Shown here: positions 29,990 to 44,310 of the stretch, one piece after another
How positions within the stretch are numbered: the first letter of the stretch is position 1
How the letters are laid out: each line of letters opens with the position of its first letter
Assembly (NCBI GenBank): GCA_958009085.1
Contig: OY253669.1
Coordinates: 186,001-250,000, forward strand
DNA length: 64,000 nucleotides
Reading direction: 5' to 3'
Source: Protoeuglena noctilucae
Lineage: Eukaryota
Notes under the pieces: model-generated
Database searches by the model: none
Told to the model about the DNA's origin: nothing
The model's input: only the letters and a program-made list of their open reading frames with translations
Made by a program: the position numbers and the translations under genes

Positions 29990-31164
29990 TCAGAGTGGCT
30001 GGCCCTGGACGCACTTGCGCACGAACGCCACGACCTCTGCCTCCACGCGCTCGCGGTTCCGGCCCTCAAAGAGCATGTGCAGGCCACCCTCGAAAGGCAC
30101 GAATCGCTTCTTGCTGCCATCGGTGGATATCTCCTTCTCCAGCCAGGCCCGTGAGGCCTGGGGGCTTGTGCACCGGTCCGTGGTGCCGTGCAGCACGAGG
30201 ACGGGGATGGAAAACTCCCTCGCCCGCCGGCGGATCTCGCGCATGCCGCTCTCGCCCGACTTGGCCGTGATGACGGGCAGCGGGCCTTCCAGCAAGCCCG
30301 GGATGGACCGCCGCCACTCCTGCACCTCTGCCTCGTCCGTGAAGTCCTCCTCCCTGCGCAGCGACGGAGTGGCAGGTGAGTAGCGATGTCGCCTGCCGCT
30401 GCTGCTCATTGTAAAAAGGTCTTTCGACCGAGGCGGTGCGCAGCGTAGGGTGCGTCGCGTGGCCCTCACCGCACGGCTGCGACGATCTTTGCCCGGGGGA
30501 CGAGGGCAGCCGCCACGTCGCCCAGGAAGCTCATGATCCGCAAGGACAGGGTGTACTCCACGCCCAGCGCCGGGGCCATCAGCACCGCGCCCGCCAGCTC
30601 GGAGCCCAGCCGCGTGCCAATGTGCGCCGACAAGAGGCCGCCGAAGCTGTCCCCGTAGACGAAGACGGGGGTGCCCTGCGATGGTGCTGCACGCTCCTCG
30701 CTCCTCGCTCAACGCGCACAGGGTGCCTCGGCATATGGTGCCTCACGGTGCGTCACCTCAGGAAGGGCCTCGCGGGCCATGTTCACCTCGTCAATCACGA
30801 CGTTGAGGTGCTTGTTGAAATCCCAGATCAAGCCTGGCTCGCCGAAGGTCTGGCCGTGCCTGAGTGCAGGAGAGAAGGAGAGAGTGATGGCGTTCTGCGT
30901 CGCTGAGCTGACATGCGCCACTATCCGGTGACCTTCCGCGACGCACCCGGGCTGATCGAAGGCGAAGATGGCCCAGCTCGGCTCCTTGGCCGACAGTCGG
31001 CAGAGCAGGTCCCAGTAGAGGCCAACATGCGCGTTCATGCCGTGCACAAAGACGATGGCAGCGGTGGGCTTCTTTTTCCCGCCCCACGCCCCGAGCTTGA
31101 ACGTTGCGACCTTGCCACTGGAATGCTCGTAAAATTCAGGCTTCACCGAAGAGAACGGCGGCAT
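29990..31164 (-). CDS. Alpha/beta hydrolase (monoacylglycerol lipase/lysophospholipase family)
   Basis: IVFVHGMNAH, FAFDQPGHGQT, VFVYGDSFGG (GxSxG nucleophile), VLVLHGTTD and GGLHML. Confidence 0.85.
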
Positions 31165-31280
31165 TTTTCCCACGCGCGTCACGCCCTGGGCGAGGAGTTG
31201 CGGTGCAGGTGGAGTTCCACCAAGGGAAACCACTGCTGCGGGGACGCGTCGCCACAGGGAGGGAGAGAAGCGGTCACTGA

Positions 31281-33742
<2,462 letters not shown>

Positions 33743-34181
33743 TAAACCGTTGCGCTTTGTCACGACTAGAGCGTTTGAATGTTTACAGAGTGGATCCCTC
33801 GATACGAACGGTGCAGCTGGGCCATGGACATGGACATGTGGCGCGCTCCCGATGCTCGGATGCGACGCAGCCTGCGGTCTAATCTGTCGTCAGTCGGATT
33901 TTGATTTTCAAATTTCCTCCGTCTGCGGCGAACCCGACCTCTGTTCGCCGTGCCGTCGGTGCTGGAACATTTGTGTCGGAGTTGCGCTTCTTATTAGGAC
34001 TCTCCGGGGTGGGTGGCTTCAACAGACGCCATCAACCAAGGGATACAGAGCAGGTGATGACCCCGCTAGCCCGCAGACATGCGTCAGTGACGCGCAAGGA
34101 GGGGACGCGTCCCGCGCCGTGACCTCCCTGTGCGCCTCCCTGTGCGCCCAGGGCGACGCCTGCGGAGCTCGTTCTGGCGTC

Positions 34182-35302
34182 ATGGGCGCGGGACACAGTC
34201 CGCAGTCGTCCACGTCGGACGAGGATGGGCCGGGGTCGGCCTCACCATCCCTCAGCGCCACCGACTCCCTGGCTGCGTATGCCGCCCCCCCCTCCCCGCC
34301 TCTGTCCGCGTTCGGTGTCCGCTCCCCCCCCACCCCGACCCCGTCCGAGTCGGCGTCCGCTCCCCCCCGACCCCGGCCCCTTCCGAGTTTGGCGTCCGCT
34401 CCATTCCCACCCCTGCCCCGTCCGAATTTGGCGTCCGCTCCCCCCTGACCCCGGCCCCGTCCGCGTACGGCGCCCCCGACTACACGCCCATGTCCGCGTA
34501 CGGCGCCCCCGACTACACGCCCATGTCTGCGTATGGCGCCCCCGACCACACGCCCCCGCCGGCTCACGGCGTCCCCGACTCCGAGCCCATCTACGAGCGC
34601 GCGAGCAAGTCCCAGCGGTTGCAGGACGACACCTGCAGGGGAGCGCTCCTCGCGAGTCTTCCAGGGGCCCCCGACAAAGCTGCGCCAAAAGCGTGAGTGC
34701 CTCACACCCTAAAGGTCGTGAGCAGCATCTTGACCGGCATCCCATCTCCTCCCTCACCGGCGACAAGCCCGGGGACGTGAAAGAGAGTGGGAAAGGGCTG
34801 CCGGCGGGGAGCATCGACAATGACATGCCGTGTCCCTTGGCCGACGCTTCGTCTTGCGTAAATGCACAAGCTGCGGGGGCCCTCGGCGACCGTCAGCGTC
34901 GCTGTGCTGGCCGGGGCCCACGTGGAGGGCACGTCCAGGCTGGCGTCGGGCGGGGTGCGCATGTGGGGAAGACGCGGTCACGTGGTCGTCGTCCGCGTCG
35001 TCCGCATCGTGGGTGACCTGGTCGTGTATGAGGCGGAGGGACGAGGCACCAGCAGCGGCAGCCTGTGGGTGAGGCCAGTGGGTGCTAGGCTCCCCTGTCG
35101 CACCGGTGAGCGTTCACCTCGTGCGTCAGGTCGACACGTCCAGCCCGACGTGTTCCAACCCGCCGTGGCGCTGCAGGTCCGCCCGCCCGCTGTGGGCCCA
35201 CCCGGCTTGAGGCCCACCTCCCCTGACGGCCCTGTACTTCTTGGCGGCGTCTGGGTATCGCCCCAGGCATCCCGACACCACTCGGTGCCAGTGGGGATGT
35301 AA
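34182..35302 (+). CDS. Pro/Ser-rich repeat protein of unknown function, with an apparent 1-nt frameshift near 34350
   Basis: The ATG at 34182 opens a S/P-rich frame that shifts into the ORF ending at 34696 within the repeat. Donor GTGAGT at 34693. The downstream exons are uncertain. Confidence 0.4.
34305..34558 (+). repeat. Coding tandem repeats: four units of about 39 nt (S[A/E]FGVRSPPTP[T/A]P) followed by three 33-nt units (SAYGAPD[Y/H]TP[M/P])
   Basis: Units begin at 34305, 34344 (38 nt), 34382 and 34421, then 34460, 34493 and 34526. Confidence 0.9.
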
Positions 35303-35485
35303 GAATATCTGCGTGTTTGGGTATAAGGGTGTATGGAGGCGAGCAGACTCTGCTGATCCAACACTTGCCTACTACTTCTGGGTCCTTGTAGCCGTGGCAC
35401 GGGCGCACAGGGCCCTTTGAACTTCTTGGAGCGATGCACAGCATTTTAACACCCATTCATTCGTCGTCCAATCGCTCTGCGTGGC

Positions 35486-36497
35486 ATGAAGCGGGAGCCC
35501 GCAGCGCTAGCGCAAGCACGGTTCGCGTACGAGCCGAGCGCGAGCGGAAAGACCCGCAAAAGTTCGCGAACATGGACGCCGCAAGGGACTACCTGCACTC
35601 TCAGGTGCGCGGAGTTCGCAAGCGGCGCTTTCGCAGGCGCTGGCCGCGGCACGGATCGTCGCAGGCGTTCGGCACGATATGCGATGGATATTTCGACATC
35701 CTCTCCCTCCCAGGCGTCAAGCTCGTGGGGCATCGCTCAAGCTCTCAATTATCTCAGCGAGAATGCTTTCGGGAGGGAAGCAAAGGGCGTTCTAGCGACG
35801 CTCTATCGCCGGATCGCTTCCAGCCCCCGAAGCCAGCCCCAGTCCCTCCCAAGGGAGCCTGTCCGGGTTGCACAAGCCAGGCTGGGCCTCACCGACGACG
35901 ACCTGCAGGCGCTCGCGTGCGTGTTGTCCTGCTCCGAGAGCCAGGCTGTCAGGATCGTGGGGCGCAGGGGGCCTCGGCTGCAGGACCCTGCGTGGCTCGC
36001 CGCCCGCGTCGTGGCTCTCAAGCAAGCCCTGCCCCGGGTGGACGTAGCCGCGCTGCTGGACCGCAAGCCGGATGTATTCCTCTCGGATGACGAGGACCTG
36101 CCAGCGCGCGTGGGCCGACGCTTCAAGTTCCTGTCCCAGGTTTGTCGGGCGCGGCACGCTTGGTGTGGCCGAGCATGGGCCATTGTATGCTGCTGCATGC
36201 GGGCACGACTGACGTATTCGCAGTATCTGAGCGGCGCGGACGTGGCTGCCATGGTGGAAGAGGACCCTGCATTGCTCGTGGATGACGTCGAGGCGGGGGT
36301 TGAAGAATTCCACAGGCTGTGGCCCCATCTGGACGCCGACACCCTGAGGTGAGCCGCTTCTCTGCAACTCGGCACAGTCCATGCGGTGCCTAGCCCATAA
36401 GTGCCTGACGAGCCGTGTGCCCGCACGCAGGGACAGCTCCCCTGCGCACTTGGCCCTGGCCGTTCGCGCACTGAGCACTCAGGACCCCAAGACTTGA
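35486..36497 (+). CDS. Hypothetical protein with helical repeats (DV.A.....P.L pattern), possibly plastid-targeted
   Basis: Coding-like exons LKQALPRVDVAALLDRKPDVFL and YLSGADVAAMVEEDPALL are joined by GT-AG introns (36140-36223 and 36349-36430). Stop TGA at 36495-36497. Confidence 0.55.
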
Positions 36498-36526
36498 ACA
36501 GCACAGGGAGTGGCAAGCGAGTCTTG

Positions 36527-37566
36527 CTATTCCGATTCCTGTTCCAAATCGTCGCTGCTCTCTTCCTCCGCACTCGACACCGACTCGGCCTCTCCTGCGC
36601 AGCGGGGCACGACAGAGGGGTTGCGCTCGGCAGGCGCGACCCCAGTCGGCACCTGTACTGACGCTTTGCATATACACACACCCACTCACCGAATTCGAAC
36701 ATCCAGTTGTTTTCCGCCGCGTCGTCCTCCACCTCCTCCGCCTCTTTTGGCCTCCCCGGGGCCTCGCCCCCGCCCGGGGCCTCCGCCGCCCCAGCCTGCG
36801 CCTCCCTGTGGGGGAGCGCGCGACGCAGCACATTCGAGAGACGTACTTTGGGACCTTTGAAGACGCAAAGTGCACTTGCCGCGCTCGCCTCATCTCCACG
36901 TCCTCGTCCAGGCCCTCCGCCTTCGCCTGCTGCGCTGCGCGCGCCTGGGCTGCCTGTCGGTGTCGCTCCATCGCTCGGATTTCCTCCTCTATCTCTTGCT
37001 GCGGCGGCACGGCGACAGCTGTCGCAATGCCGGACCCCGTGCACAGCGCGGAGAGTGAATGCAGGCAGGGCGGTCACCTTGCGCTGCATGCGCTTGGCGT
37101 AGTCGTGCAGCAGACTCTGCATCATCTCCGCATGCGGCGCCGCATGGCGATGACCGACCAGAGGCTCCGTGGGGGAGTACCTGGGGTCGAGACTCGAAGG
37201 CGGGCGCGTCTCGTGCACTGCGGCGGCCCTCACGAGGCGTGCATGGGGCACAGGCCTCGCTCACCAGGGCGGGGCGAAGAGGCTGTATCCCCCGAGATGT
37301 GCGAGCGCCAGCACGTCGCTCACTCCCTTCCTGGCGTCCGAAATATTCCAGGGACGCTCGAGGGCCACGTACGAGCCCTTCAAGCAGTCGTGGAGCGAGG
37401 TGCAGGCCTCCACGAGCCTATCCAAGGCCTCCCTTACTTCGTTCTTGAGCCCCTGCGATCCGACGCGACGAGGCGCGCCGCCATCAACCCTCGCGACGTG
37501 CGCGCGCATATTGGTTGGCCTCTGGTCGACGATGCATCGCGTCACCTGAGCCTGGGCAGCATCCAT
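36527..37566 (-). CDS. MED4: Mediator subunit 4-like protein
   Basis: VSDVLALAHLGGYSLFAPP...APHAEMMQSLL resembles the MED4 motif (ilayAhriS.ttfAPP...aP..e.mr.s.L). Acidic C-terminal tail EAESVSSAEEESSDDLEQESE. Confidence 0.62.
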
Positions 37567-38070
37567 GACCAACGACAGCCCCGGAGAGGCCGGGGAGGTA
37601 TTTGCTGGGGCAGGGATGGCGGGAAGGCGGCACACGCTCCACGGCACGACGCAAAGGCTTCGGATGTGGCAAGGGCCGTTGGTTGACACCGCTGGACCGG
37701 ACTCCAGGCCCCGCGGAGATGAAAACGGCACAACTGTGTCCCGGTGGCGTCGCGTTCCAGTTGGTTTCGGCTCTGCCAGTGGGGCTTTACATCAACCGGG
37801 CTTTAGACATTCCGCTGCCCCGTGCCCCGCGTTGCTGACTCCTCGTCATCGGATATGGGAGAGGAGACATGAGAATCTCGCCTTCCGCCTCCAGATGGTG
37901 CGCAGGCTCGGAAACGGTTGTAACGAGGGCTCGTCTCGCTTTTTGCGCGAGTTTGTCGTTGCGACCTCTCTTTCCGCTACTTGCGCTGCGCTGAGGACCT
38001 TTTCCGTCCAAGAATTCGGCCCCCGCGCTGCGCTTGACGTCTCCCGAGGTTTCGCCCTCCTGCCCCGCAG

Positions 38071-41000
38071 ATGGCTCGCGATGGCGGCTTAGCTGGAGCC
38101 CGGACGCGCGTCCCGGGACGCACGCGTGTCTGTCAAGCCTGCAAGCCCGCCGGGCCTGCTTGGGGACCGGCTGCGGGGTCGGAGGAGGGTCGCTGGGCGC
38201 ACGGATCAGGATGCGCGCTCGTGGGCGTGCGCGCGCGGAGGCGGCCCCTGCGCGTTCCACCCTGCGCGCTGAGGGCTGCACTCCCCTGGAGGAACCCAGC
38301 CTCGCTTGACCAAAACCTGGGCGGGTGCCGCGTCACGGACACGCCCCGGGGCAAGAGTCGCTTCGTCACGGGCGAGATCCGCGTCGCCGCTCCCCCCGGG
38401 ACCGTCTGGGACGTTCTGACGGACTTCGAGAGCCTCGTCGATGTCGTTCCAAACCTCCAGCTCTCGCGTCGGCTCCCCAGCAAGGACCCGCAGCGCATCG
38501 TGGTCCATCAAGTGGGCTCCTCCTCGTCTCCCTTGTGGTGAGGGCTTGAAAAGCGCTACATATTAAACTGACTTGTAACCCGCGCCGCAATTCTCACCCC
38601 CCGGGTCCGCCTCGTTCTCTCCAGGAGGCTTGAGGCGAGCGTGGTCTTGGAGGTGACGATACGGAGGGCCGACTCGTCCTCCCGTGTCCTGGATTTCGTC
38701 CAAATACAGGGAGACTTCGAACGGTACCAGGGTCGATGGATCGTCGAGCCAGGTGAGGATGGGATGGAACAGGTGCACCCATGTAGCCTCTGGCCCCTGC
38801 TGGCTCATGTTCCAGGCAGCGTGGCCGTCTAGGCGATGCTCTGTGCGCTCACCCCGCGTGGCATGCGCGCCTGCAGCGGATGGAGCGGGGCAGGCGACCA
38901 TGCTGCGGTGGGAAGTTGAGGTGGTGCCAAAAGTCACGCTCCCGGGGGCGCTGCTGAGCCGCGTCGTCGCCGCTGGGCTCCCGGCGAACATGCAGGCCAT
39001 CGCACGCCACGCCGAGGTGAGCATGCCGGCGCTGCCCTCTTGAAGGGCGTGCACCACGTTACTGTCGCATGGCACTGCTGTGCGTCAAACAGTGTTCACA
39101 GCACCCTCACCTGCTCTCTAGACCCCGTAAACTGCGTTACTGTCTCCACAGAGCCTGGTGATGCGGGGAGAGGCCGCTGCGGAGGTGTCAGGGGGCGCCA
39201 TGAGCGACACGGAGGGCATCGTCATTGGAGACGCTCCCGCGGGCCAGCTGGTGCGTGCTGTCACTTGTCACGACAGCTTCGCGAGTGACCGCGCCCTCTG
39301 CCTGATGGGTCTGACAAATCCGATGAGCCCATGGCACCTGCCACCGACACCAGGTCAGGGTGTTGCGATCACGACTCTGCCACGCTCGCTTTCGCCCACA
39401 GAACCTCAAGCCCTGGGAGGCTTCGGAGGAGGCCTTGGCGGCGATCAAGGACGCGGTGCGGCAGCAGGCCAATGCCGCGCCTGCGCGGATGAGGTTTGAA
39501 CCCTTCACGCGCCGCGCGGCGTCTCCTGGCTATCTGGGAACGGACACGGTTCCCATTCCGGGGGCGGGGACCCGGGAGGACGCGGCGGAGGCGAGCGGCG
39601 GCGACTCGGAGTCCTGGGAACGCGACCTGGTGGAGCAGGCGAGTGGGACACGGTTTGTCATGATGACATGCGATGCATCGACCCACGGTCAATCCGCGGA
39701 TTACAGCACAAGCGCGTATTGCAGCATCTCACGTATGCATCCGCGTCGTAGGCCACCACCCGGCCGCTGCAGACTGAGCACAGTCGTCACGACAACACGG
39801 TCGCTCCCGTCTCTTTGCCCCCTGCAGATCCGGGCAGGCACCCTCCCAGGCCTGCAGGGCGCGAGCATGACGTACACGCAGGGCGGAAAGATCGGCGGCG
39901 TGGCGCTGCCTCCCGCGGGCACCCCCCCGGTGTCGCTGCGGCTGGCGCCAGACGCGCTCAAGGGCAAATACCCTGCCTTCGACCTGGGCAGCTCGGGGGC
40001 CCTCCAGGACGCGGAGGTGCATCTCCGGAGACTCGACGACGACCAGTTCCTGCACCTGCGCGTGGTGGCCCTCGTCAGGTGAGCACGGAGATGGGTGCAT
40101 GGCGGCGGCCAACATCAAAGTGACGAAGGCATTGCGGTGCCGAGCCAGAAGGGGGCAGTCACGCCCAAGGCTGACGCCCGTGCCTGTGCTTCACGCCGCT
40201 CCTGTCGTACTGCCAGCACATGTGGTGATATGTTGGCAGTCTATCGCTCTTCTGACACCTGACACAGGCGCCACCCACGTGCCTGCCCCTGGGCTCCTCC
40301 CGCAGGGTCCACGCCCCCCTCGGCACCGTCTGGGACGTGCTGACGGACTTCCCCCGCATGTCCGACTTTCTGCCCAACATGGCGGTCAGCGAGATCGTGC
40401 CGCCTCCTCGGGGCGTGTCGGTGCGGCCGGGCGTCCACCGCGTGCGCCAGGTGGCGTTCAAGGAGATGATGTACATGGTGCTGCACGGGGAGGTGGTCTT
40501 TGACGTCGTGGAAAGGCGGGAACAGGGGGAGATACAGGCGAGCCTAGCGGGGATGGGGACGCAGTTGTGGTGTGGGGCGAGCGCATTACGACGTGACCCA
40601 CATGTGGGTGGGTGGGTGGGTGGAGAGGGTGATGTAGGTGCGATCAAGCCTCAGTGCCTGCCGCCGCTGCTCGCTGCCCCTGGTCACGAACTCGGCTCTC
40701 GCAGCTCAGAGCTGCACAGCGACTGCCCCTCTCTGCACACCCCCGCAGTTCCGCATGGCTCAGGGCGACATCCACGCCCTGCAGGGCAAGTGGATGCTGC
40801 AGGAGGAGGAGGGCGACGGGCGCCTGCCCGACCACACCCTCGTCAAGCTGGCGGTGGAAGTCAAGTTCCGACGGTCAGTGCGTTCGATGCTCTTCGAGCC
40901 ATTCATCGAGGTGAGGCGCAGTGCACGCAGCGCGCACGTAGCAAGCGGCTCGTTTGCTTGACGCACAGGTGGCCCCCACTCCTGGCGGCAATCCCAGCGG

Positions 41001-42494
41001 CAGCTAAGATCGCGTACCGCGTCGGTACCCCCAGGTGGGGGTCTTCGAGGACCTCTCGGCCAACATGGCGGCGCTGAGGCACCGCGCGGAGGATTTGGTG
41101 CGCCGCGCGGAGGTGGAAAGGCGGGCCTCCGAGCTTGCAGCCCGGGGCGAGACGGAGAAGGCAGAGGCAGTACGGATGCGGGTGGACCGCCCGCCGGCGC
41201 GCGACTTGCGGGAAGACCTCGTGCTGCTGTGCGCCGAGCTGCGGAGGGAGTTCGGGGAGGCGGGGGTGATGCCCTCTCGCGGGGCGCTGCGGGAGCGGGG
41301 GCGGTCGGACCTGGAGCGCGCCATCGCTGCCCAGGGCGGCACGCGCGTGGTCGCGGCCGCGCTGGGGTGGGAACTGCCGCCCACCGCCGAGCGGAAGCCC
41401 AAGGGGTATTGGTGAGCCGCGTTGGGACGAATTTCAACGATCAGCAAGCGTGACATGGCGATGCAGTGCTTGGCAACAGCACGCCTCATGTCGCTTTGCA
41501 GGAGCAACCCGGACAACCTCCGGCAGGAGATCGAGGACTTCAACGACGAGATGGGCCTCCCCGCGACCGAGGTCCCCACCAAGCGCCAGCTCGCTGCCGC
41601 CGGCCGCACCGACATCATGAGGGCCATCGCCAAGTTCGGGGGCTACAAGGAGGTCGCTGAGCACGTGAGTGGGATGTCCGTGAACGATTCGGCGGATATG
41701 CTACGGCCTGTATGCGCCGCTGTCCCCACATGCGGCTAGCACATGCGTCCAGACCCAGTCGCACCCGTCTTCCTGGGTCGGCGATCTCTTAGTAAGGCTC
41801 TCGCAGAGTTGCAGTCGTGTTCAACCCCCTCGCCGGCTCCTCGTGACGCACCCACCCTCACCCTCCCCCGCGCCTGCAGTTTGGGATGACGTACAGCGAC
41901 ACGCGGACCGCCACCTCGACATGGCACATGCATGTGTCCCAGGTGGCCCGGGACACGGGCCTGTCGGGGGCGAATGGGCTGTTCGAGCTCGCGGCGTCCA
42001 CGTATGACTCTGTCGATTTTGACGATGAGGCGGAGGGCGGGCAGGGCAGGGACGAGGGCGATGAGGAGGAAGCTGCCAGGGACACGGGCGCGGGCGCAGT
42101 GGGGCTTGGATCGGGTGCGGAAGCGATTGCGAATTCGAATGTCGCGCGGGGCGCCGGGGCCCGCGGGGACGCGGCGGTGGCGGGGTACGCGGTGCGGAGC
42201 GAGGCGCGGGGCGGCTGGCGGGCGGGGGCGGACGACGGGCGTGTGCCGGTGCAGCTGGGGGTGTCGGGGGAGGTGCGGGGCGGCCGGCGCTCGCAGCTGG
42301 AGGAGTTGGACTGGCAGGAGCTCGTGTGGGGCGAGGGCGAGGGTCCCTCCGGGGATGAGGCGGAGGACGGGGCGGGAAAGCGCACGGGGCCTCCGGCGCG
42401 TGCCGGCTTCAAGGCCCGGCAGCAGCTCAACAACCTCCGCGCCAACCTTGCCACCAAGCGCATCGACTGGCGCGCCGACCTGCGCCGCATTTGA
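38071..42494 (+). CDS. Tandem START/polyketide-cyclase (SRPBCC) domain protein with a C-terminal RKPKGYW repeat region (plant At5g08720-like)
   Basis: Two copies of (V/H)APxGTVWDVLTDFxxxxDxxPN, plus GDFERYQGRW and GDIHALQGKW. C-terminal GVMPSRGALRERGRSDLERAIAAQGG, RKPKGYWSNPDNLRQEI and IAKFGGYKEVA. The true start may lie upstream. Confidence 0.8.
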
Positions 42495-42985
42495 CGGGGG
42501 AGGGCGCCACGGCACGTTTTGGTCCCCGCCCTCGACCACGGCCTACCAACTCAGCTGCGCTCTACCCCGCCCAGTGGGTGGGCCATTTTTGCTGAGGGCT
42601 TTTTGGGCACATGTGCTTGCTGGCGGCTAGATATGGCGGGCCATGCCATCGCATGCGTCGCGCCCTGCCATCGCCCCTTCTTCCCCGGTTGCCGGTTTCT
42701 AACATCAATCAGGGAGGGAGCTTTGGGGCTTGCTCCTGATTTTCGCGACGCGTGTCGCTTTGACCGATAGGGAGAGCATCCCCGATTTCACGGGCGGCTG
42801 CTCGCTCGCCTGGTTGTTAGTTTTGACCTGCCTGGCAGCGACGTGGTCGGACCGGTTTTTTCACCCTCGGACCGGAAAGCTGTTTGAACAACGGACATGC
42901 AGTTTGTGAGGTTTGTCTGTTCTTCAGCAAAGTTCAGTTCCAATATTGGCCTGCCATCCATGCAGCTGCTTGCTGCAGCATGTGC

Positions 42986-44088
42986 CTACTCCACCCGTCG
43001 CGCCCTCACGTGCGCCCTTGTGCGCAAGTCCGCCTGTCGGATCGGCTCCGGGATGCGAGAGTGCAGGCAGCACTCGGCGACGAGGCCCACCGCGGTACGA
43101 AGGGACACCCGGTGCCCAACTGAGATGTACACGGGGCGCCGGGATCCCTTGAAACCCCGCAGGGCCGCCCCGAGGACCTCCCCGGTGTCAGCGACGAGGC
43201 CGACGCCCTCCATGCGGTCGAGGGAGGCAGGGGAGGTGTCGTCGCAACGTGGCCCAAACGCATCCATGACGGAGCGCTTGGTGATGCCACCCTCGCACAG
43301 CACGTTCTTGGCCACGCCGACCGTGGGGCAAGACGTGACCACCCCTGCGCGACGGAGGCAGCAGTATGAGGCTCTTGCCCGTTGATCATGACCGCCCTGC
43401 GCTGCCCTGAGGCTGGCTGCGGCTCACCCAGGTGGGTGGCGGAACCGCAGCGTCGCGCGTGCAGCACGCCGTTCCCATCGACTAGCGTCACGTCTGGCCG
43501 GTAACCTGCGCTTTCGCAGCGGCGAAGGAGAGCTCGGAAAGGCTCAACTTCGCGAAAGGCGAGGAATCCAGCACGGTAGGGGACGCGGAGGTCGACATGC
43601 TTGAAGCCCTCCCAGACGACGCGCAGGTCTGGAAACGACAACACCACGAGTCCTGCCACCGAGGACCGCCCCAGGCTGTCGAAGCTCACGTCCACGCCCC
43701 CGACAAGACAGATCGAAGACAGCGGCCCCTGAGGGCCTGAAGCGGCAGCTTCCAGCGCCTCCCGCACACACGCGTCCACGCAGCTATTCGTACACGTGTG
43801 ATGGGAGGGCGCAAAGGCGTTGGAAGAGAGGTCGGTTGGCGTGAAATCGTCGAACTGAATGACACATTTTGCAAGCGCTTCCTGCTCCCTGCAGCCTTGG
43901 GCGCGCATGTTGGTGAGGTTGCCTGTGAAACTATGGTCGTAGTGCACATTCCGGAAAGCGCTTCCGGCGCAGAGATTTCGGCATCATTCGGATGTAGCCT
44001 CTCACCGCTTCCAGCCCTCTTCAAGCTCGGTTGGCAGAGGCTCGGTCGCCTCGTCACGAGGAGGAGAGGACAATCGTGAACTGGTCAT
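42986..44088 (-). CDS. ENDOV: Endonuclease V (inosine-specific nuclease)
   Basis: VGGVDVSF, PYRAGFLAFREV, LVDGNGVLHARRCGSATHLG, PTVGVAKN, PVYISVGHR and RIPEPIRQAD. ATG at 44088. Confidence 0.93.
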
Positions 44089-44310
44089 CACAACGGCTGC
44101 TTATGCTCTGCTTGATACGGTGGTGCGCCGGCCGGCACAGCGGCCGCACCTGCTGTCCTGATCTAATCTACCCCATCCTTGAACAACAACGCGATCGCGA
44201 CCATACGCACAAATCTAATCACCATCATCATAACACGTCTGCCTGCTGCATGAAGCCCCTCCCAACGTCAGGGCCGACTGGCGGTTTCTCGGCCAGCGCA
44301 CCCACTCGCT

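Noticed and set aside
34305..34558. CRISPR-like array
   Set aside because: The units are contiguous, with no unique spacers and codon-multiple lengths, so this is a coding minisatellite.
39660..39778. Intronic C/D-box snoRNA candidate (ATGATGA...CTGA); a similar pair occurs at 49308-49389
   Set aside because: There is no convincing terminal stem or recognisable rRNA-complementary guide. The second candidate is antisense to its host intron.
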